IMG/VR virus record: IMGVR_UViG_3300034161_000008
Location: 32,001-96,000 of that record
From: a virus
Taxonomy: Duplodnaviria; Caudoviricetes
Direction: 5' to 3' (one strand)
DNA length: 64,000 bases
Part shown: in pieces, positions 56,541-64,000 of the stretch
How the letters are laid out: each line of letters starts with the position of its first letter
Position numbering within the stretch: the first letter of the stretch is position 1
The notes under the pieces: model-generated
The model's input: only the letters and a program-made list of their open reading frames with translations
Database searches by the model: none
What the model was told of the DNA's origin: nothing
Position numbers and translations under genes: made by a program

Positions 56541-57178
56541 TTCTTGCCCTTCTTCTTTTTCGGCTTCGGAGGAGCAGGCAGACGCAAAGGAATGCCAACC
56601 ACCATTTGCCGAATTAAGTAAAAGCGCCAAAGCGCGATTGCTATTGCGTCAATGGAGTGTTCATCCAACCACTCCAAAGGTATTTGCCCACAGTAGTTGA
56701 GCTCGTGAGCAATAGAGAGAATGGCTTCACGCACACTCTCTTTACCGCCCTGTACTTCAGCTCCAACAGCAACCTTGACCGAGGGAGGGTCGATCAAGAT
56801 CAGCTGCTTCCAACCGTCGTGGCGCATCACTGCGTATCGAATGGCTGAAACTATTTCCGTCAACGCACCGAAAGCTTGAGGCCTGCGGCGCGAGAAGAAT
56901 GGGGATTCAGCCACAATGTCCAGTGGCCAAACGTAATTGAAGATGTCCTCCAATTCCTGCTGGAGGAAGAAGATTCGGGATGCGCGATCCCCGTGGACCT
57001 CAGACAACCAGATGTTGTGCTTGTTGAGTCGGCTGCCCGTCAAGGTCTTAGCCTCGACGGCAATCAGCTGAAATGTAACAAGGTCGAACTTCAGGATAGC
57101 CACACCAAGAGTTTCAGTCCCTGGGTCGATACCAACAATGGTTGCGTGATTTGCTGAATCGTGGGGGATCGCTAACAT
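56537..57178 (-). CDS. ruvC: RuvC-like Holliday junction resolvase
   Basis: IVGIDPGT, VAESPF, VK.AVG and EHSIDAIAIAL motifs. Confidence 0.88.
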   Translation of the reverse strand: MLAIPHDSANHATIVGIDPGTETLGVAILKFDLVTFQLIAVEAKTLTGSRLNKHNIWLSEVHGDRASRIFFLQQELEDIFNYVWPLDIVAESPFFSRRRPQAFGALTEIVSAIRYAVMRHDGWKQLILIDPPSVKVAVGAEVQGGKESVREAILSIAHELNYCGQIPLEWLDEHSIDAIAIALWRFYLIRQMVVGIPLRLPAPPKPKKKKGKK

Positions 57179-57189
57179 CTTTAACTCAC

Positions 57190-58065
57190 TTAGGCGCTGG
57201 TGCCAGTAGTGGCCGTGTTGGTAACCGGATCTACGGCGAACAGAGGTTCGGTAGCGCCGACGTCCAGCAACAGGTCAACGCCGTTGTTGTTGTACTTCAT
57301 CGGGAAGAAGCAGGAGTAGTGCGAGCAAACTTGCACACCCACAGCTTCGTTGAAGTTGGTCGTAGCACCATTCACGGTGATCGGCACAACTTTGTCCACA
57401 GCCGAACACAGCTCGATCTCAGACACGATCGCGAGGTCATCGGTATCGTAGATCACGTTCGAGACGTTCAGGAACTCAGCAGCGTCCCACGCAGAGAAGC
57501 TCAGCGGAGTACGAGCAGTCGTCGAAACGTAATCGCCCGACACCACGTTCACACCAGTCGAAGCCAACGCCGACGGCACTGGGTTCAGGTTGGAGGAGTC
57601 CGGCACGAAAGGCTGAGGAGTATCGACGCCGTCTTTAACGACGTGGTATTCCATCTGCGAAACGACGCTGGTCAGATCCAGACGCTTGAGGTAGTAAGCC
57701 ACCCACGTCTTGCCCTGGTGAGTTTCTTCACGACGCAGACCATACTTCTTGCGCTCTTCGAGCGTCAGGTCATTTGTAGGCTCGCGCAGGACGAAGGGAA
57801 GGACGTTAAAGCCCGCAGCATCGGTGGCTTTGTGCTGGATGCCCTTCGGGTATTGCACACCGCCGGGGCCAGTGCCCATGGTGTGGCCGCCATTACCGAT
57901 AGAGTAATAGCGTAGGACAGGTGTCGCAGAGTCCGGCGGGAGGATGCCTGACTGGATATTGAATTTTTCATTGAGGGTCGTATTCGGCAGGATTTTGTGT
58001 TTGAGACCAAGCAGCATGTTGGTTTGCAAGTAGCTGCCGTAGGCCGTGCGAGTGATAATTTCCAC
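57190..58065 (-). CDS. Probable virion structural protein
   Basis: GTG start with GGAG SD; EIITRTAYG...NTTLNEKF...Y.IGNGGH motif recalled from phiKZ-like virions. Confidence 0.7.
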   Translation of the reverse strand: MEIITRTAYGSYLQTNMLLGLKHKILPNTTLNEKFNIQSGILPPDSATPVLRYYSIGNGGHTMGTGPGGVQYPKGIQHKATDAAGFNVLPFVLREPTNDLTLEERKKYGLRREETHQGKTWVAYYLKRLDLTSVVSQMEYHVVKDGVDTPQPFVPDSSNLNPVPSALASTGVNVVSGDYVSTTARTPLSFSAWDAAEFLNVSNVIYDTDDLAIVSEIELCSAVDKVVPITVNGATTNFNEAVGVQVCSHYSCFFPMKYNNNGVDLLLDVGATEPLFAVDPVTNTATTGTSA

Positions 58066-58135
58066 TAGGGAAGCTCCAGAACTGGTGTGGGTAAGGCTAC
58101 AAATAGTCACAGTATTTGCAGCCGTTGTTTAATTT

Positions 58136-58696
58136 TTACTCAGGTGCTGAGCCAGTGGCGACCGATGACAGATCAGCATCTTGGCTGTTAGGCACAGACG
58201 CAGCCAGATCCACAGTGCCCGGAGCTACAAACGAGAACAGCCAATCACCATGGAAACGCAACGAGGTGTCGGCCGTGGTCACCGTACAGTCACCGTACCC
58301 GCCTGCCATGACGTGCGAGGCATCATCACCAAAGTCATTCACTTCAATCAAGAAGCCATACTTGAGCAGCATTGCATCGATCACGTCGGTCAGCTTCACA
58401 GGAACCGACGGGATCTCAAGCACGAAACGGAAAGTGTCGATACCCAGGTTCTTGGTGCTCAGCGTGCGGTACTTGAAGATCGTGCGGCCGTAGTAACCCT
58501 TTCCAGGAATTGCTTCGGCAGTCACGCTCGCCCATGGGTCTTCAACAACCCCGCCGCTTCCCAAACCAGCCTCGACGTTTTTAACGATCCGCACCAAAGT
58601 GAGGTCCACGTCAATGTCGTACTGGTATTTGATCATTGCTTGAAGAGTGGCTGCGCCGGTCGTATTAAAGACGTCCAGACGTGGTTGGATACTCAT
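58136..58696 (-). CDS. Virion protein, tandem paralogue family member
   Basis: 186 aa; shares the family domain; ATGA-coupled. Confidence 0.6.
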   Translation of the reverse strand: MSIQPRLDVFNTTGAATLQAMIKYQYDIDVDLTLVRIVKNVEAGLGSGGVVEDPWASVTAEAIPGKGYYGRTIFKYRTLSTKNLGIDTFRFVLEIPSVPVKLTDVIDAMLLKYGFLIEVNDFGDDASHVMAGGYGDCTVTTADTSLRFHGDWLFSFVAPGTVDLAASVPNSQDADLSSVATGSAPE

Positions 58697-59787
58697 TCGT
58701 AATCTCCAGTGAAAGGGTTGTACAGCAATCCGAAAAGACGCCGCTTCTGTACAATACTAGGCAGCGGTATTTCTCCACTACCTTCGTACGTCAGGCCGTT
58801 CAAGTTCGTGACCAAGATCACACTCGACAGCAGAATCTCTTCACCTTCCACCAAACGGTAGAACAGACGAATCAAACCAATCGCACGCTTGGAATACGCA
58901 GGGTCAAGCCGCAGGATCAGGGTGTGAGTCAGCTTAGGGTTTACGGGACGCACGTCTTTAGTACGCAACACCCCGTTGTAAAGAACCTTAGCCCCAAACA
59001 CGTTCTGGAAACGCGGAGTCCGCGATGACGTCCAGCCTTCAGCCTCACCAGCCTGATGTGGAATCAGGTATCGATTGCCGAAGTCCCACGACTCAAACTC
59101 TTCTTCAAAGAGCTGGCCCGTTTGCAAGGTCTGCAAATAGGCGTGGTCACGAGTACCGTTCACCGAGAAATATTGCAACTCACCAGGAGAAGCAACGTCG
59201 GTGTCAGGGTCGATAACCAGATCTCGATACCCAGGCAGGAAACGACCGGGGTTGATCATTCGGATCAGAGGTTGCAACGTGTCCGGCGCGCAGTAGACAG
59301 GAAACTTACCCGGCTTGTAGCGGAAGGACTCATCGGCGATCTTCAACTCCAGAGGAAAACTCAACGTCGAGGAAATCAAATCCCCGTAGTTGTAGTCAAC
59401 ATCCGTGAAGCCCAAGTCCAACCCGTAGGTTTCCTTGAGCTCGGCCAGTACATCGGCTACGTCAAAATCAACCCCACTGGTGGCCAAGAAATACGGAGGC
59501 TTGGGATGGTCTCCGTCTGCCACATTGAAATACGTCTCGTACGACTGGCGTGCTGCGTAGTGCGAGTGCGTCTGTCCAAAGTAGGGACTGGAACTCTGTG
59601 CAGTGACCTGAATCCCGACGGCACTAATGCCACCCGGAAGATCTACTGCCGAAGCCGCTCGTGTGCTAACAAAAAAATCAGCAGGTGTGATCAACACATC
59701 GAACGTGTTACGAAAGCTGCTTGCCAGCAACTCTGCTTCGGGTTCAGTCAGCCACTTCGGTAAACCAAATACCTCGGGCTTGGTCAT
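58693..59787 (-). CDS. Virion protein, tandem paralogue family member (phiKZ gp131-135-like position)
   Basis: 364 aa; NVFGAKVLYNG motif. Confidence 0.65.
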   Translation of the reverse strand: MTKPEVFGLPKWLTEPEAELLASSFRNTFDVLITPADFFVSTRAASAVDLPGGISAVGIQVTAQSSSPYFGQTHSHYAARQSYETYFNVADGDHPKPPYFLATSGVDFDVADVLAELKETYGLDLGFTDVDYNYGDLISSTLSFPLELKIADESFRYKPGKFPVYCAPDTLQPLIRMINPGRFLPGYRDLVIDPDTDVASPGELQYFSVNGTRDHAYLQTLQTGQLFEEEFESWDFGNRYLIPHQAGEAEGWTSSRTPRFQNVFGAKVLYNGVLRTKDVRPVNPKLTHTLILRLDPAYSKRAIGLIRLFYRLVEGEEILLSSVILVTNLNGLTYEGSGEIPLPSIVQKRRLFGLLYNPFTGDYE

Positions 59788-60722
59788 TACGAATTCCCTG
59801 TGTCTCTGGACAGGTTGTAGAAGATGATTCCTTTACCGTAGTAGTTCAAGCAATGCTCTTCACTGAGCTCTACGATCAACACCCGGTCCAGTCGTGTGTT
59901 GTACGGTTTAGGGTAATCGTCAGTCAGCACACCGTTGTACAGCACTTTCGCACCGAACAAGTTGTAGTTGGCAGGTTCGGTCTGTTGAACCCACGCTACG
60001 TCCACACCATCGCTCAACCCGTAGACGCGCGACATCCACACCACAGGAGCGTCACCCAGATCCGTGTCAAAGACTTGATCCGCTACCAAAGCTTTGAGCT
60101 CGGTGGCTACAATCACGCCGTTGGCATCGGGCAGTCGCAACGCCAGATTCGCCCTGGGGTCTGAGAAACGAAAGTAATCTTCTGGGGGTTGGATGACACT
60201 TGGCGGCAGCATCCGGGCGATGTTGGTTCGGTTCGTCGGTGTGATGACCACCGTGAGCTTGGAATTGTCCAGCTCCAAATATAGACGTCGGCTATAAGGA
60301 GAACCAGACAGAGCAGTACGGCCGTTGCTGTTAACTGCCAGCGCATAGTCGTCTACCTCTTTAAAGTCCTCAGCATCCCAATGAACTTCTGTTTGGGCAT
60401 TGAGAGCTTCGCGTACACGTCTTACGGTGTAGGGTGCATCAAGGTTGATGTGCCATTCGAAGCGAGAGAAGTAGTTGTCAGCAATGAAGCGATTGTAGAT
60501 GACGCTGGTTGCACCACCATAAATGGGAGGAGAGCCATCGGCACCCACAGTTCGTGCCTTGATCGCAAAAGAGACTTCGCGGTCATTGTACGAAAGCGTG
60601 TTGATACGTTCGATCGTGACTTGCGTCAATACCAGATCGACGTCTTGCCCGGACTTAATCAGGTCGTGAATCACCTGATCGCCTGAGCGTTTTAGAATAC
60701 CTGGGATGCCAGTGGCCATCAT
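59787..60722 (-). CDS. Virion protein, tandem paralogue family member
   Basis: 311 aa; NLFGAKVLYNG motif. Confidence 0.65.
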   Translation of the reverse strand: MMATGIPGILKRSGDQVIHDLIKSGQDVDLVLTQVTIERINTLSYNDREVSFAIKARTVGADGSPPIYGGATSVIYNRFIADNYFSRFEWHINLDAPYTVRRVREALNAQTEVHWDAEDFKEVDDYALAVNSNGRTALSGSPYSRRLYLELDNSKLTVVITPTNRTNIARMLPPSVIQPPEDYFRFSDPRANLALRLPDANGVIVATELKALVADQVFDTDLGDAPVVWMSRVYGLSDGVDVAWVQQTEPANYNLFGAKVLYNGVLTDDYPKPYNTRLDRVLIVELSEEHCLNYYGKGIIFYNLSRDTGNS

Positions 60723-61603
60723 TCTTTACCTGGGCTGAACTCTGGATTGAAATAAACCGTCACAATCCCCACAGGAGCGGTGCAGTAGAATGGATCTAAC
60801 AGCAGTCGCACGCAATGGGTCAGAGTTTGGTTGTAGTTAGCAGGCAGATGATCGGGTTTGAGCCCAACATAAATCACCTTGGCACCGCGTAGATTGTTGT
60901 TGGAGACAGCGTCTTGATCAACCCAACGGTCCAGTAAGTTCAACTGCACCAGAACGTCTTGGAAGGCCTTAACCAACGGAGCCTTGGCAACGTCCCCGTC
61001 GAGCACAGTGTCGACTGACAGGGCGTTCCAGAGGGCTGTGTGTAGGTTACCGTTAAGCTCGCCACCGTATTCCAACACCCAATGCTCAGGATCGAGCTCT
61101 TCCCCCAGATCTGCCAGACGGACAGGCGGTGGAAGGATCTTCTCAAGCTTGATCAGCTTGAGTAAGTTGATTGGGACTTCACCGTACCAGCGAAAGGACG
61201 AATCACGAGCCTTCAGCATGTACGGGTTAGCGTTGTCCTCAGTGATCAACTCCAGCACCACATCGGTCTCGTCAATCTTCAACCCTGTGCGGCGTTGGAG
61301 TTCAACCAGCAACAACATGGTGTTGGACGGCAGCGGGAGAGGAATCTCCAGATCAAAGGTGAAGAACAACCCAAGATCCAAACGCTTCCAGCGAACGTTG
61401 ACCGTGTTCTTGTACGGGAGGTTGTCGTTAGGACCTGAGGTAGGGCGAACCCCCAGAGTCCCTTCGACAGCATCCAACTCTGCTTGGCGTAACCGCAGCA
61501 AGGCATCTTCGTCACTGAGGATCGTGTCGTTAGCCTGGTTGAAGATATCCACCACAGAGGCTTTGGGCTCAAGGCCCAAAGTCTTTATGTTGTCCTGCGC
61601 CAT
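60719..61603 (-). CDS. Virion protein, tandem paralogue family member
   Basis: 294 aa; NLRGAKVIYVG motif. Confidence 0.65.
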   Translation of the reverse strand: MAQDNIKTLGLEPKASVVDIFNQANDTILSDEDALLRLRQAELDAVEGTLGVRPTSGPNDNLPYKNTVNVRWKRLDLGLFFTFDLEIPLPLPSNTMLLLVELQRRTGLKIDETDVVLELITEDNANPYMLKARDSSFRWYGEVPINLLKLIKLEKILPPPVRLADLGEELDPEHWVLEYGGELNGNLHTALWNALSVDTVLDGDVAKAPLVKAFQDVLVQLNLLDRWVDQDAVSNNNLRGAKVIYVGLKPDHLPANYNQTLTHCVRLLLDPFYCTAPVGIVTVYFNPEFSPGKE

Positions 61604-61605
61604 CG

Positions 61606-63834
61606 TCAGTCTCCAGTGGAGTTGTAGACGTCCTTCAGAGTGGCCAGTTCATCCGTCGTCAGATAACTGAAGTCGAACATGTCTGGGTTCTTGGTGACGC
61701 TTTCCAGAGACTCAGCATCGGTCTCCGGGATTTTGATATACACAGGCGCAGAGTTCATCCGAGCGTGCCACGTTACTGGCGCTGCTTGACCTACGGCTGG
61801 CAGGTGAGGCTTAACAATGATGTCCAGCTTTGCCGTGTGGCTGCTGTGACTATGGTAAGCAAACTGAGGACCTTCGATCCCCAAGTCCCACGGAATAATC
61901 GCCTTGGATCGCTCCTTGGTTTTATAGTGGTTCACCACAGCGTTACCCCACTTCGCAATACCTGCCGAGTGTTGGAACGTGTCGCCGATACGAATCATTG
62001 GCCAGTCGAACATTTTGATCGACGAAGAGTTGATCGACGTCAGGAACTGCACCGAGTAGCTGGACAGCTGGGTCATCAGTCGCACGAGCGCAGCTTGCAA
62101 GTCTTTAACGGACTTGGTCGTGGAGAGGTTAATCCCCGTAGCGTTCTTGAGAATGTCGACGTACAGCAAACCCAACTCGTTCTGAGTGAAGTCAGTGATC
62201 TTGATGTTGCGAGCAGCCAGCCAGTTGACGTACAGTTCGCCATCACCTTTAAACACACAACCCACGTCAGCGTAGATGCGAGACACCATGCCGTGCGTGA
62301 AGCCACGAGCAACGTGGTGTTCTTGCAGCGAGATCAAACCACGCTGAATCTGTGCCGAGTCGTAGATGTCTTGGCAGATGTTGAAGAACGCCTCAGTCGA
62401 GATGATAGAGTCGCCCGGCAGGATCTGCGGCTGTTGGCTCAGAGCTTTGTCGATGTAGTCGTCACCGACCAGACGCGCAGTCACGATCGACTTCAGCGTA
62501 GCCTTAGATGGCAGCGGCACGTTCTGAACGCGCAGAGCAGCCACAGGCTCGACGTACTTCAAAGGCAACCCGATGCTACCAAACAAACAGTAGATCATCG
62601 TAGCCCACGCCTCCTGAGCTGTCATGGGCATGCGTTCGGCAGTACGAGGGTTGGTGATCCCGATCACGACATTATAAATGCCATGGGTCGAAAGATGCAG
62701 CCACTCGTTCAGCAGAATGTCTTCCAGCGCCCAAGGAGTAGCTCCCGTGCGATCGACCATGTCCGACTCTAACGCCTTGGTCAGGAGTACGTTGGACAGG
62801 GAGTTCTCCATCAGCGTTTTGACCACAGGTGCGGTCTCGGCTTGATACTTGGAGTTGTCCCGTGCGACAGGGTCTTCCTTGAGCAACAGCGTACTCAAAG
62901 AGATCGTATCGTTAGGATCGATGTTGTAACCCAAGTTCACAGGAGCGCGTTTGAACGCAAGCGTCGGGTAATCTTCTTCCGGCTGACCGGTTAAATTATG
63001 ACGCATCGTAAACTCGGCCAGCGGGATAGTCCGCTTGGTCAGGATATTGTCCACCAGCCAATGGAAGGTTTCGGCGTGCCCTGGGTTGTGGTTGATGTAC
63101 TCAATGTTGCGGTACAGCCACAGAGCTTGCGCCGTGTCCAGAGTATCGATGAACGTGTCCAGATAACCGTGAGACGCCAGATACTGCTTAACGTGGTAGC
63201 TGTGCACCTCGTTAGTTTTGCAAGCTGCCAGACGAAAGTTCGTGATCGCAGGCAGCAAGCCCAGATACATGATCCCGTGTTCGAAGACTGGATAAAGGTC
63301 ATCGCTCAGCTTGAACGCATCGTTGGTGTAACGGCCTTTATAGCCGTAGAGCCAGTTCTGCAAACGAAGCATCAGTGTGTATTCATTCGACTCCACCAAC
63401 GAAGGCTTATACCCACCCAGGATCGTACGGTCAGGAGCTTTGATTGCAAACGCCTTGTCGATCGGGTTCAGGATGCCTAGGATCAGATCTTCCTGGTTAG
63501 GGTATTGAGACAGCAGTTCGTTGTAGTAGCGAGTCCCGTAGGCGTATTCACGACGGGTGCGGGTGTGGAGCTGAAGATTTTCCTTGGTAAAAGTTATTTT
63601 TTCCGAGGTATCCATTGAGACGACATACATCATCTCGCGTGTAAAGTGGTACTCGCCAGCCAAGGTCATGTAGTACAACCAAGTCTCCGGCTCAAGCTCA
63701 GACACTTTGTCTGCACCAAACCAATCCGCCACGTACTGGTTTAGGCCAGCCACTGAGTCGGTCGATTTCACAACAACAGTTTCTGCGAGCTCTGTACAGG
63801 TTGCCTCGTACAGTTCGAAGTAGTTATTACTCAT
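61606..63834 (-). CDS. Large baseplate-type virion protein (phiKZ gp130-like)
   Basis: About 742 aa; WLYYMTLAGEYH and YLASHG motifs; position divergent from the putative portal gene. Confidence 0.65.
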   Translation of the reverse strand: MSNNYFELYEATCTELAETVVVKSTDSVAGLNQYVADWFGADKVSELEPETWLYYMTLAGEYHFTREMMYVVSMDTSEKITFTKENLQLHTRTRREYAYGTRYYNELLSQYPNQEDLILGILNPIDKAFAIKAPDRTILGGYKPSLVESNEYTLMLRLQNWLYGYKGRYTNDAFKLSDDLYPVFEHGIMYLGLLPAITNFRLAACKTNEVHSYHVKQYLASHGYLDTFIDTLDTAQALWLYRNIEYINHNPGHAETFHWLVDNILTKRTIPLAEFTMRHNLTGQPEEDYPTLAFKRAPVNLGYNIDPNDTISLSTLLLKEDPVARDNSKYQAETAPVVKTLMENSLSNVLLTKALESDMVDRTGATPWALEDILLNEWLHLSTHGIYNVVIGITNPRTAERMPMTAQEAWATMIYCLFGSIGLPLKYVEPVAALRVQNVPLPSKATLKSIVTARLVGDDYIDKALSQQPQILPGDSIISTEAFFNICQDIYDSAQIQRGLISLQEHHVARGFTHGMVSRIYADVGCVFKGDGELYVNWLAARNIKITDFTQNELGLLYVDILKNATGINLSTTKSVKDLQAALVRLMTQLSSYSVQFLTSINSSSIKMFDWPMIRIGDTFQHSAGIAKWGNAVVNHYKTKERSKAIIPWDLGIEGPQFAYHSHSSHTAKLDIIVKPHLPAVGQAAPVTWHARMNSAPVYIKIPETDAESLESVTKNPDMFDFSYLTTDELATLKDVYNSTGD

Positions 63835-63868
63835 GGTCTTGTCCATTAAACAGAGGTAGGTTTCAGAG

Positions 63869-64000
63869 ATGCCACCAAAAACTTTCAGTGCGGTAATCGA
63901 GCTGGCGAACAGCGGTCAGCGGTTCCCGGTGATGAAACTTGCCAAGGATGATCCCAGCCTCGCGGCAATGATCAGCAAGCTTGTCGCTGCTCCAGAAGCC
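63869..64000 (+). CDS. 5' fragment of a probable portal protein (phiKZ gp129-like)
   Basis: GAGG SD; MPPKTFSAVIELANSGQRFPVMKLAKDDPSLAAMISKLVAAPEA is open to the window edge; call rests on synteny. Confidence 0.45.
   Translation, partial: MPPKTFSAVIELANSGQRFPVMKLAKDDPSLAAMISKLVAAPEA

Noticed and set aside
58116-58493. 125-aa plus-strand ORF and an AATTTTTAC motif near 58130
   Set aside because: Antisense to a well-supported minus-strand gene run, with no credible plus-strand gene downstream.
1-64000. Stop-codon reassignment, inteins or introns, as seen in some jumbo phages
   Set aside because: All large genes are intact in the standard code, TAA, TAG and TGA all end genes, and no intein or homing-endonuclease motifs were seen.

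Overview
This window is part of a phiKZ-like jumbo myophage genome (Chimalliviridae-type), about 50-55% GC by eye, read in the standard genetic code. It is mostly the late/virion module: tail sheath and tube, prohead protease, three subunits of the split virion RNA polymerase plus a candidate fifth, tape measure with lytic transglycosylase, baseplate and spike, two repeat-rich tail fibres, a glycine-rich adhesin, a GH108 lysin and spanins. Recombination/repair genes (RecA-like, RNase H, SbcC, RuvC) are interleaved. All product calls come from motif recognition and recalled gene order; no searches were run. Top leads: (1) a minus-strand accessory island at 6.0-9.7 kb with a divergent Tad1-like immune-signal sponge, a possible MazG-like protein, an HTH protein and DUF488; (2) at least eight CATA-[GC hairpin]-TATG elements without U-tracts that sit directly after stop codons; (3) an identical 9-mer upstream of recA and sbcC; (4) stand-alone SLOG, NADAR-like and CYTH proteins; (5) a gp38-like adhesin and two spanin-like pairs. 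I saw no tRNA, rRNA, CRISPR array, intein or IS element.
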